Shown here: positions 20,243 to 29,738 of the stretch, one piece after another
How the letters are laid out: the number at the start of each line of letters is the position of its first letter
Position numbering within the stretch: position 1 is the stretch's first letter
DNA from: an uncultured bacterium
GTDB taxonomy: Bacteria > Bacillota_I > Bacilli_A > RFN20 > CAG-826
Assembly (NCBI GenBank): GCA_949299165.1
Contig: CASFZJ010000014.1
Span: forward strand, 1-63,338
Direction: 5' to 3'
Length of the DNA: 63,338 nucleotides
The notes under the pieces: generated by a model
What the model was told of the DNA's origin: nothing
Databases searched by the model: none
The model's input: the letters and a program-made list of their open reading frames with translations, nothing else
Program-made: the position numbers and the translations under genes

Positions 20243-21621
20243 TCTTCTAAAACCTGATCAACTTGTTTATATAGAGTTTCAAAATCACCTGTTGCTTCAA
20301 TAAATTTCACTTTAGGTGATTTTATATAAGAATAATCCTTATTTAACGATTTTGATGATTGAACATTATCATTTCTATTTTTTAAATTCTTAATTTGTTG
20401 TTCATCACTAATTTTAATAACTATGATTTTTTTGAACATATATTCAATATGAGCTTTAAAAAGAGTAGGAGCTTCAATTGCGATTTTATCGTTATTTTGC
20501 AAAATTAAAATGAGTCTTTCTTCAAGAATTGGATAGATATAATTTTCTAATTTTTTCTTGATTTCTGGAAAATTAATCAAGGTTTTGCGGGCTTTTTGTA
20601 AAATTGCATGGTTTTCTACATCGAATTGAATGTTTAAAATTTTGCTAACTTTTGCTTTAATTGCAGGTTCTTTATATAAAGCGTGAACTAGTTCATCACA
20701 AGAAAAAGTTGCATAACCTTTAGTTTTTAAATAATTTAAAACGGTAGATTTTCCACTCCCAATTGGGCCGGTGATTCCGATAGCTTTTTCTAAAGAATGA
20801 TTAATTTGGCAGTTAGGACAGAAAGTTGTGCCTCTTCCGTTTAAGAAAGTTTTGTGGAAAGTTGTGCCACAATTTGGACAAGTATCACCAACTCTGCCAT
20901 AAGCTAAAAGTTCTTCTTGAAATTTACCATCAACACCTTCGCTAGGATGAAAAGAGTGAATAGTTGATCCACCTAGTTTAATAGCTTTATCAAGTGTAAT
21001 TTTGGCGTATTTTACGATATTTTTTATGTCATCTAGAGTCAATTCGTTACCTTTTGTAAATGGATTGAGTTTACATTGGTACAAAATTTCATCAGCATAA
21101 ATATTCCCGATTCCACAAAGTATTGATTGGTCAAGAAGTAACTCTTTTATTGGTTTCTTTTTTGAGAATTTTTTATACAAATCATCGACGTCTTTTTCTT
21201 CAACTTTATTAGCTTCAATTCCAAGTTTTGAAATCATTTTTAAATTTTTATAATTTGCTTCATCACTTAAATACATTAAGCCAAATTTTCTTGTATCATC
21301 AAAAGCTAAAAATTCCCCATTTTGAAGGAAAAATAGCGCAGAAGTTGCTTTAATTCTTGGATTTTCTTCTTTTGTAAATCTGAATTTTCCTTCCATTCTT
21401 AGATGAGTAACAATTACTAAGTCGTTAGTTAAATGCAGGAAAAGAAATTTTCCATAGCGAGTTACATCTAAAAATTTTTGACCAATTAATTTTGTTTTAA
21501 ATTCATTTAAATCAGATTGAACTAATCGATCATAATAAACTTCAACATTTTTAATAGTTTTTCCTTCAATTAAAGGTTTTAAAATATTTTTTACAGTTTC
21601 TACTTCAGGTAATTCAGGCAT
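20239..21621 (-). CDS. mutM: Fusion: formamidopyrimidine-DNA glycosylase (MutM/Fpg) + dephospho-CoA kinase (CoaE)
   Basis: MPELPEVE, HLRMEG, GIGNIYADE, CPNC..CPNCQ zinc finger, then IGITGPIGSGKS and CoaE-like C-terminus in one frame. Confidence 0.92.
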   Translation of the reverse strand: MPELPEVETVKNILKPLIEGKTIKNVEVYYDRLVQSDLNEFKTKLIGQKFLDVTRYGKFLFLHLTNDLVIVTHLRMEGKFRFTKEENPRIKATSALFFLQNGEFLAFDDTRKFGLMYLSDEANYKNLKMISKLGIEANKVEEKDVDDLYKKFSKKKPIKELLLDQSILCGIGNIYADEILYQCKLNPFTKGNELTLDDIKNIVKYAKITLDKAIKLGGSTIHSFHPSEGVDGKFQEELLAYGRVGDTCPNCGTTFHKTFLNGRGTTFCPNCQINHSLEKAIGITGPIGSGKSTVLNYLKTKGYATFSCDELVHALYKEPAIKAKVSKILNIQFDVENHAILQKARKTLINFPEIKKKLENYIYPILEERLILILQNNDKIAIEAPTLFKAHIEYMFKKIIVIKISDEQQIKNLKNRNDNVQSSKSLNKDYSYIKSPKVKFIEATGDFETLYKQVDQVLED

Positions 21622-21623
21622 AA

Positions 21624-24218
21624 CTATTTAGCAGAGAACCAATCTCTAGCATAACCTCCATCAACAATCAATTTAACTTTAAGTTTGACGCAATTTTCCA
21701 TTTCTTTTTTTATAACTTTTAAGAATTCATCTTTTTCATCGTCATAAACTTTAAATATAAGTTCATCGTGGATTTGAGAGACGATTCTTGATTTAAAATT
21801 GTGTTTTTTGATTGCATCATAAACTTTAATCATTGCTGTTTTCATTAAATCAGCGGCACTTCCTTGAATTGGCGCATTCATCGCAGCTCGTTTTGCAAAT
21901 TCTCTAATTTGATATTGAGAAGATTGAAGTTCAGGAAGGTATCTTCTTCTATGGAACATTGTTTCAGCATATCCTTTTTCAGTGGCTTCATGGATTAAAT
22001 GATTTAAGAAAGTTTTAATTTCAGGGAAAGCTTGATAGAAATTTTTGATAATTTCTTTCGCTTCATTAATTGAACAACCGAGTTGTTCGCTTAATCCAAA
22101 ATCGCTAATTCCATAAACTATTCCAAAATTAACAGTTTTTGCTTGTCTTCTTTCATCACTTGTTGGTTCGCGGTCTAAATTAAATATCTTTTTAGCGGTA
22201 GAAGCATGAACATCTTCATCATTATTGAAAAATTCGATCATGCTTTTTGCATCAGAAAGATGAGCAAGAATTCTGAGCTCAATTTGAGAATAATCAAGAG
22301 ACAAAATCGATAAATTAGGTTCTTTATAGAAAAATGCTTTTCTAATTTGCTTACCTTCTTCGTTTCTTGTTGAAATATTTTGAAGATTTGGTTCGCTTGA
22401 AGAAAGCCTGCCAGTTGTAGTTAAAGCTTGGTTAAAAGTTGAGTGAACTTTTCCGTCTTCATGAATATAAGGAATAAGTCCATCAACATAGGTAGAAATA
22501 ATTTTTGCATATTTTCTATATTCAAGAATTTTAGAAATAATTGGGTGCTCATCGACTAAAGTTTCTAAATAGTCGACACTAGTTGAGCCTTTTTTATTGC
22601 CTTTTAATCCAAGTTTAGTGAATAAAATCTGTGATACTTGTTTTGGCGAATTAATATTAAAATCTTCCCCAGCTAATTCGTGGATTTCTTTAGTTAGTTC
22701 GTCAAGTTTTGCTTGATAAATTGATTTAAAAGAAAGAAGTGTTTCTTTATCAAGTGGAAAACCTTCAAGTTCCATATCGCAAAGAACTATTGTTAAAGGT
22801 TGCTCGATATTAATTAACAGATTATATTGGCCTCTTTCTTCGAGTTTGTCTTTAATTTCTTTATACAATTCTTTAATGTAAAAAGCAGTAGCAACACTAA
22901 TTTCTTTATTTGAATCAGCAAAAAGTAAATCTTTTTTTGTCGCATAACTTATATCAATTGAGTAAGTATTAAGTAGTGTCTCAATATCGTTTTTGATTGA
23001 AGAATCAAGTAAGTAATTTGCTAAAAGTAAGTCGAAATATAAACCATTAATTTCAATATTATTTTTAGACAAAATATATCGATTTTTCTTAAAGTCAAAA
23101 GCGAATTTTTTAATTTTTTCATCACGTAAAATGTTAAGTAACTTTGTATCTTTTAATAAGTTTTCTTTTGTAATGTAATAAACATTTTCGCTAGCTCTAA
23201 ACGACAATCCAAACATTTCAGCGTCATGATAATTTACGTTTTCTGCATCAACATCAATAGTAATTTGATCTTCGAAATTTATATCATTTGTATCAAAAAC
23301 CTCGCAAAACTTAACTCTTTTATTAATTTTTTCTTCAACTTTGAGATTTTTTGGAAGCTTAGAAACTAAACTTTTGAATTCGTATTTTGTCGCAAATTCA
23401 CTAATAGAATTGAATTTATATCCATTATAAATTACATCCTTTATCGAAATAGGAATTTCAGCATCTTTTGCAATGATTGCAAGGTGTTTACACATTCTTC
23501 CGTTTTCTTGATATTCAATAATATTTTGCCCAACTTTTGTTTTAGTGTTTGCGTTTAAAATAATATTTTCCAAATCACCAAAAGAAGCGATTAATTGTTT
23601 AGCAGTTTTATCACCAACTCCTGGTATACCTTTTAAATTATCAGAATCATCACCTCTTAAACCTTTATAATCAGTAATTTGAATTGGGTTAAACCCCCAT
23701 TCTTCTCTAAAAGAAGCAGGAGTCATCTCTTTTATATCTTTTAAACCTTTTTTGATGAGTTCAATCGTGATATTTTCGTCAATCAATTGAAGATAATCTT
23801 TGTCGCTTGTGTAAATATAAACTTTATATCCATCTTTTTCGGCTTTATTTGCAATTACACCACAAATATCATCAGCTTCAAGCTCATCACATTCATAATG
23901 AGTAATGTTTAATTTATCTAAAAATTCACGAGCAATAGGGAATTGAGTTATCAATTCTTCAGGTAAGGCAGGACGGTTGGCTTTGTAATCTTTATATTCT
24001 TTGTGCCTAAAAGTTTTTTTGCCAGCGTCAAATGCAACAAAAATTCCATCTCCTTTTTTGATATTAGCAAGAAGAGAAGTGATCATATTTGAAAAAGCAA
24101 AAATAGCATTTGTTGCTTGTCCACTTTTCGTCCTCATTACATTACTTGGATCATAATAAGTTGCATAAAATGCCCTAAATAATAAACTATTTCCATCAAT
24201 TACAATAATTTTTGCCAT
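21624..24218 (-). CDS. polA: DNA polymerase I
   Basis: IDGNSLLFRAFYA, EADD, TGRLSSSEPNLQNI, DYSQIELR, QIHDEL. Confidence 0.98.
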   Translation of the reverse strand: MAKIIVIDGNSLLFRAFYATYYDPSNVMRTKSGQATNAIFAFSNMITSLLANIKKGDGIFVAFDAGKKTFRHKEYKDYKANRPALPEELITQFPIAREFLDKLNITHYECDELEADDICGVIANKAEKDGYKVYIYTSDKDYLQLIDENITIELIKKGLKDIKEMTPASFREEWGFNPIQITDYKGLRGDDSDNLKGIPGVGDKTAKQLIASFGDLENIILNANTKTKVGQNIIEYQENGRMCKHLAIIAKDAEIPISIKDVIYNGYKFNSISEFATKYEFKSLVSKLPKNLKVEEKINKRVKFCEVFDTNDINFEDQITIDVDAENVNYHDAEMFGLSFRASENVYYITKENLLKDTKLLNILRDEKIKKFAFDFKKNRYILSKNNIEINGLYFDLLLANYLLDSSIKNDIETLLNTYSIDISYATKKDLLFADSNKEISVATAFYIKELYKEIKDKLEERGQYNLLINIEQPLTIVLCDMELEGFPLDKETLLSFKSIYQAKLDELTKEIHELAGEDFNINSPKQVSQILFTKLGLKGNKKGSTSVDYLETLVDEHPIISKILEYRKYAKIISTYVDGLIPYIHEDGKVHSTFNQALTTTGRLSSSEPNLQNISTRNEEGKQIRKAFFYKEPNLSILSLDYSQIELRILAHLSDAKSMIEFFNNDEDVHASTAKKIFNLDREPTSDERRQAKTVNFGIVYGISDFGLSEQLGCSINEAKEIIKNFYQAFPEIKTFLNHLIHEATEKGYAETMFHRRRYLPELQSSQYQIREFAKRAAMNAPIQGSAADLMKTAMIKVYDAIKKHNFKSRIVSQIHDELIFKVYDDEKDEFLKVIKKEMENCVKLKVKLIVDGGYARDWFSAK

Positions 24219-24219
24219 A

Positions 24220-27200
24220 TTAAATCGCCTTCACACTTCCTACGAGGAAACTTCCTCTATTGTTTCTAATTTCATATCTTCCAGTTAATACAAGAATTTT
24301 GTTAGTATCAATTTGGCCAACTGAGGTTGCCCAAATTGAAGAGAAAAATGTTGTATCAACTTCGCCTGTTTCATCAAATATTGTAACAAAAGCCATTGGT
24401 TTTCCTTTGTCTTTGCCGTTTTTTACTACAATATTTTTAATTGAACGCACAATTCCAACAATAGTAGTGGTTTGTCCATTAATTAAATTTCCAATTTCAG
24501 TTCTTTTTAGGTTCTTGAGTTCTTCAGGAAGATGATTGAGTGGAGAATCACTAATCATAACGCCAAGAGCAGCGCATTCATTATCAAGTCTCTCCATTGG
24601 GTCATCAATACAATCTGGAATACGATATTCCATACCAAAGTCATTTAATAATTTTCCTTCTTGTGCCTTAACAATGTTTGCATATTGTATAGCGTTAGGA
24701 ATCGACATTTTTAATGCTTTTCTGTTTGAATAGAGAGTATCAAAAGCGCCAGCGTCAATTAATTTAGATAAGATTGTATCGGAAATTTTATCTTCTGAAT
24801 AAGTCATTCTCACTACAAAATTGATGAAAGATTCAAATTTTCCATTTTCTTCTCGTTCTTTTAAAATCGCAAGAACTGTTTTTGTTTGAAGTCCGCTAAT
24901 GCCAAGAAGTGGCATAAGTAAGCCATTTTCCCGCATTTCAAAACGAATGGTAGATTCGTTGATATTAGGTAAAAAGACTTTTAAATTCGAGCGACGAATT
25001 TCAGCAAGATATCTTGAAAATTTAGTATCGTTGCTTCCATATTGTTGATCTAAAATTGCACAATAAAATTCAATTGGATAATTTGCTTTAAGATATGCTT
25101 CTTTACATGCAATCATTGCGTAGCAGACAGCATGAGATTTATTAAAACCATAGTTAGCAAATTTTAAGATTTGTTCAAAAAGAGTGTTGGCTTCAACTCC
25201 ATTATGCCCATTTTTAACGCTTCCTTTAATGAATTTTTGTTTCATTTCAAGAAGTTCGTGACGATCTTTTTTACTGATTGCTTTTCTAAATATATCGGCT
25301 TCACTAAATGTAAAAGAAGCGTAAGCCTGAGCAATTTGCATAATTTGTTCTTGATAAACAATAATTCCATAAGTTTCTTTTAAGATAGGTTCGAGTGTTT
25401 TTGAAAGATAAGTTATTCTTTCTTGACCATGCTTTCTTCTCGAAAAAGAAGGAATAAATTGCATTGGACCAGGTCTATCTAAAGAAATAGTTGCAACAAC
25501 ATCTAAAAATGAAGATGGCTTAATGTTAACAATTGCATTATATGCAGCACTTGTATCGAGTTGGAAAATGCCCATTGTTTTAAATTCGCTAATTAATTTA
25601 AAAATTTCAGGAGTGCCATATGGTATTTCTTCCATTTTTAAGTGAGTTTTGCGGGTTTTTTCAATAATTTTAAGGCAATTATCGATAACTGTTAAGTTCG
25701 ATAAACCTAAAATATCCATTTTAAGAAAGCCTTGTTTTTCAAGATAATTTTTTTCATATTGAGTAATTAATTCTTGTTCGCCTTCATAATCAATAGGAAT
25801 GTGATCGAACAATTCGTCGTTATTTAAAATGACTCCAGCTGCGTGTAAACCTCTTTGACGAGGCAATCCTTCAATATAATGTGCTTTGTCAAAAATGAAT
25901 TTAAAATCTATATCACTATCAACTGCATTTTTAAAAGCAGGGATATTTTCATAAGCATAATCTAAAGAGAAATTTTTACTATTTTCATCTTTAAAATTAT
26001 TTGGGATTGTTTTAGAAAGTTCTCCAATAAAAGAAGCAGGGAAGCCATAAACTCTTCCAACGTCTCTTAAAGCTTGTTTTGCTGCAATTGTTTGAAATGC
26101 GCAGACTCTGGCGACTTTCTTAAAGCCATATTTATCGATTAAATAGCGGATAACTTCTTCTCTTCTAACATCAGAAATATCAATATCAATATCAGGCAAA
26201 GAATTTCTTTTAGCATTTAAAAATCTTTCAAAAAGAAGGTTATATTTAATCGGGTCAACATCTGTTATTCCTAGGCAATAGGAAATTAAACTGCCGGCAG
26301 CAGATCCTCTTCCTGGACCAACTGGAATGTTGTTGTTTTTAGCAAAATTAACATAATCTTGAACAACTAAGAAGTAATTAATATAACCGAGTTTTTTAAT
26401 TGTTTGATATTCGTAATTTAGCCTATTTTTATAAACAGGATTATTCAAATCAACGCCAAGTTTATTAGCACCTTTTTTGATTAAATCTACAAAATAATCT
26501 CTTGTTTCATCATCGCTTTTATCAAGATAATGAATTAATTCACCACGTTTTTCGTTGAAATTAAATTCAATTAAGTTTTTAATTTTTTCGCAATCTTTAA
26601 GTTCAAGTGGGGTATAAAATTTTAATATTTCTTCTTTTGTTTTGAAAAAATAGTGTGAATCAAGTGGATTTGTATTTTGTTCGATTGTAGTGTTAAGCCT
26701 AATTGCGTCTAATATGTTTATAACGATTGCATCTTCTTTTTTTAAATATCTAATATAAGGAAATGCGATGGTTTCGTAGTTATATTTAATAGCAAAATCA
26801 CGAATTAAATTTACATGACTTATTTGTTCTTTTTGGTAGACTTCTATACCTATGAAAAGGTGCGTGAAAACTTTTGAGAGTTTTAACATTTGGAGTCTTA
26901 AATTGTCATTTACTTGGTTAAATATTTCATTATAACCGATAGGTAAAACACATATTAAACCCTCGATATAAGGCAAAATCTCTGCAAAACTCAACTCTTT
27001 TCCTAAATTCTTTTCACGTGAAATAATAGAAGTGATGTGAGAAAGATTTTTGTAACCTGTCTCATTTTGTACAAAAAAAGTGAAAAAATATTTTTCACAT
27101 TTTACGTCCATTCCAATAATTGGAAAGATATTATTTTCTTTAGCGTAGTCAATAAATTCAGGTACGCCATACATTACATCTAAATCGGCAAGGCCAAGCT

Positions 27201-27303
27201 CTTCATATCCGCATTCTTTTGCCATCTTAAAAAGGTTTTTGAAAAGAATTCCACTTTTTAAAAAAGAATAGCCGCTGCGAATATGAAGAGGAATGAAAGC
27301 CAT
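24220..27303 (-). CDS. dnaE: DNA polymerase III alpha subunit
   Basis: GPGRGSAAGS, FERFLN, PDIDID, HAAG, YGFNKSHA. Confidence 0.97.
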   Translation of the reverse strand: MAFIPLHIRSGYSFLKSGILFKNLFKMAKECGYEELGLADLDVMYGVPEFIDYAKENNIFPIIGMDVKCEKYFFTFFVQNETGYKNLSHITSIISREKNLGKELSFAEILPYIEGLICVLPIGYNEIFNQVNDNLRLQMLKLSKVFTHLFIGIEVYQKEQISHVNLIRDFAIKYNYETIAFPYIRYLKKEDAIVINILDAIRLNTTIEQNTNPLDSHYFFKTKEEILKFYTPLELKDCEKIKNLIEFNFNEKRGELIHYLDKSDDETRDYFVDLIKKGANKLGVDLNNPVYKNRLNYEYQTIKKLGYINYFLVVQDYVNFAKNNNIPVGPGRGSAAGSLISYCLGITDVDPIKYNLLFERFLNAKRNSLPDIDIDISDVRREEVIRYLIDKYGFKKVARVCAFQTIAAKQALRDVGRVYGFPASFIGELSKTIPNNFKDENSKNFSLDYAYENIPAFKNAVDSDIDFKFIFDKAHYIEGLPRQRGLHAAGVILNNDELFDHIPIDYEGEQELITQYEKNYLEKQGFLKMDILGLSNLTVIDNCLKIIEKTRKTHLKMEEIPYGTPEIFKLISEFKTMGIFQLDTSAAYNAIVNIKPSSFLDVVATISLDRPGPMQFIPSFSRRKHGQERITYLSKTLEPILKETYGIIVYQEQIMQIAQAYASFTFSEADIFRKAISKKDRHELLEMKQKFIKGSVKNGHNGVEANTLFEQILKFANYGFNKSHAVCYAMIACKEAYLKANYPIEFYCAILDQQYGSNDTKFSRYLAEIRRSNLKVFLPNINESTIRFEMRENGLLMPLLGISGLQTKTVLAILKEREENGKFESFINFVVRMTYSEDKISDTILSKLIDAGAFDTLYSNRKALKMSIPNAIQYANIVKAQEGKLLNDFGMEYRIPDCIDDPMERLDNECAALGVMISDSPLNHLPEELKNLKRTEIGNLINGQTTTIVGIVRSIKNIVVKNGKDKGKPMAFVTIFDETGEVDTTFFSSIWATSVGQIDTNKILVLTGRYEIRNNRGSFLVGSVKAI

Positions 27304-28310
27304 TATTTACCTGTTTTGATTAATTCATCAAGTCTATTGATAAATTTTGGAAGTTCAGTTAAATCTTTGATTTGGCAACCGCTTGCTTGAGCGTGTCCGC
27401 CACCTTTAAATTCACTAGCAACGCCATTTATTACATAATCTCTTGTTCTAATTGAGATTCTAAAACATGGTTCTGTGACGTCTTCTGTGATAGAACACCA
27501 AATCTTAATTCCTTTAATATTTGAGAAAAGATTGACATTTTCTTTGCCTCTTTCACATGTTAAACCAAGAGAATCTAAATCTTTTTGTGTTAAAACGTAA
27601 TAAGCAACGCCTTCTGGTGAAAGTTTATAGTTATTTAAGATAAATTTAGTAACTTCTAAATCATCGACATTTTTCTCATACATTAAGGCATAAACGCTAG
27701 TAATATTAATACCTTTACTGATTAATTCTGAAGCAACTTCGAAGGTGTGAGGAGTAGTTGAAGAATATTGGAAACGGCCACTATCACCAACAAGAGCAAT
27801 ATAAAGATAACGTGCAGCAAGTTCGCTTAAATTATAATTTTTAAAAGAAATAAGCATATTTGCGACAATTTCTGAAGCTGCAGCTTTGCTTGTATCAGTA
27901 ATTGCTAGATTAAAAATCTCATCAGTTACAGGGTGATGATCAATTTTGATTTTATATTTAGCTTTTTCAAAACGAGGATCAGCGATTCTTTTTTTATCGC
28001 CAACATCGACAATAATTGCTAAAAAATCTCTATCTTTAAACCAAGAATCATTAACTTTGTCGGTTTCTGGAAAAAGCCCACGTGGCATAAAAGTGACGTG
28101 GTTATCACCTAAGATTTTAACGTCTTTATCTGGGAAATTTTCTTTAATCCAGGTTGCAAGGCCATATTGAGTTCCAAGTGCATCAAAATCTGGCATAATG
28201 TGCCTGAAAATTGCGATTTTTTTGTATCTTTTTATTTGAGCAAGAACTCGAGAAAATTCTTTTTTATGTTTGTCGTTTTCAATTTTTATGTAATTTATTC
28301 TTTGTGCCAT
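27303..28310 (-). CDS. nrnA: DHH/DHHA1 oligoribonuclease / pAp phosphatase (NrnA)
   Basis: RHIMPDFDA, IDHH, GDSGRF, GGGHAQASG; precedes dnaE. Confidence 0.88.
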   Translation of the reverse strand: MAQRINYIKIENDKHKKEFSRVLAQIKRYKKIAIFRHIMPDFDALGTQYGLATWIKENFPDKDVKILGDNHVTFMPRGLFPETDKVNDSWFKDRDFLAIIVDVGDKKRIADPRFEKAKYKIKIDHHPVTDEIFNLAITDTSKAAASEIVANMLISFKNYNLSELAARYLYIALVGDSGRFQYSSTTPHTFEVASELISKGINITSVYALMYEKNVDDLEVTKFILNNYKLSPEGVAYYVLTQKDLDSLGLTCERGKENVNLFSNIKGIKIWCSITEDVTEPCFRISIRTRDYVINGVASEFKGGGHAQASGCQIKDLTELPKFINRLDELIKTGK

Positions 28311-28322
28311 TAATTAATTCCT

Positions 28323-29519
28323 TTATTTTAAGCAGATATTGTAAGCATCACGCGCAATCATAACCTCTTCATCAGTTGGAATGACTACAACTTTAATTTT
28401 ACTATCTGGAGTTGAGATTAAGCCTTCTTTTCCACCAACCATTTGAGCATTTAATGTAGGATCATAGTTAACACCGAGTGCCTCTTTAATGTTATTTAAG
28501 GCGACTTCTCTATAATCTGGAGCATTTTCGCCAATTCCTGCAGAGAAGATGATTAAGTCACATCCACCAAGTCTAACATAATATTGACCAATGAAATCAG
28601 CAACTCTTCTTGCCCAAAGTTTCATTGCAAGAATAGCGTGTTTATCACCTTTTCTAGCTGCGTCTTCAACATCTCTTGAGTCATTTGAGATACCACTAAC
28701 GCCCAAAAGTCCGCTTTTTTTGTTCATTTCTTGGAAGATTGTTTCATTGTCTTTACCACTCATTGCAACAATTTGATAATAAACACTTGGGTCCATATCG
28801 CCAGTTCTTGAATTCATCATAATTCCACCAAGTGGAGTAAGTCCCATGGATGTTGCAACACATTTGCCATTTTTAGTAGCAGTGATAGAAGCTCCACTTC
28901 CAAGGTGACAAATAATCATTCTCTTATCTTTTGCTTCAGGAATATATTTTTCGCCAACTTCACTTAAATATTTGTGCGATGTGCCATGAGCTCCATATCT
29001 TCTAATATTATATTTTTCGGTATATTCATATGGAATTGGGTATGTGTAATCTTCTTCTTCCATTGTTTGATGGAATGCGGTATCAAAAACAGCAACTTGT
29101 GGGACATTTGGTAAAACTTTTTTGAAAGCTTCATATCCGGTTAAATGTGCTTTATTATGAAGTGGAGCAAGTGGAATTAAACTCGCAACTTTATTTACAG
29201 TATCTTCGTTCCATAAAACGCTATGTGAGAAATAGCTTCCACCTTGAACAACTCTATGTCCAACAGCTTTAATTTCATCTAAATGTGAAATAACTTTCTT
29301 TTCAAGCATTCCTTTGACAACTATATCAACAGCAACAGCGTGATCTTGAACAGGTAAAACTTTTGTATCTTTTGTGCCATCATATTTGATAGTAAAAATA
29401 CCATCATCATGGCCAATTCTTTCAACAATTCCTGAGCAGAGAACTTTTTCTTCAGGCATTTCATATAATTTGAATTTAACACTGCTAGATCCACAGTTGA
29501 CTGACATTACTTTTGACAT
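28323..29519 (-). CDS. ackA: Acetate kinase
   Basis: NCGSSSVK, GHRVVQGG, APLHN, FDTAFH, HGTSH, TDEE. Confidence 0.97.
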   Translation of the reverse strand: MSKVMSVNCGSSSVKFKLYEMPEEKVLCSGIVERIGHDDGIFTIKYDGTKDTKVLPVQDHAVAVDIVVKGMLEKKVISHLDEIKAVGHRVVQGGSYFSHSVLWNEDTVNKVASLIPLAPLHNKAHLTGYEAFKKVLPNVPQVAVFDTAFHQTMEEEDYTYPIPYEYTEKYNIRRYGAHGTSHKYLSEVGEKYIPEAKDKRMIICHLGSGASITATKNGKCVATSMGLTPLGGIMMNSRTGDMDPSVYYQIVAMSGKDNETIFQEMNKKSGLLGVSGISNDSRDVEDAARKGDKHAILAMKLWARRVADFIGQYYVRLGGCDLIIFSAGIGENAPDYREVALNNIKEALGVNYDPTLNAQMVGGKEGLISTPDSKIKVVVIPTDEEVMIARDAYNICLK

Positions 29520-29738
29520 AATAAAAACTCCTCTTTAAATTCCTTTATTATTATAGACATTTCTTCTTAAAAATTTAACTAAGATGTCAAAAATTATTGT
29601 GCCTAATGATGAATAAAAAATGTAAATAAAATGAAAAATTTTCTGTAAAGTTATGAAAGTTTTTAACATTTTTTATTTTCTCTTTAAAAGAGTAAAAATA
29701 CATTTTATAATCAATTTATAAGATTTTGGAGGTAATAT

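Noticed and set aside
21624-27303. Degenerate PHP domain of DnaE and 3'-5' exonuclease domain of PolA
   Set aside because: Common in Bacillota; not unusual
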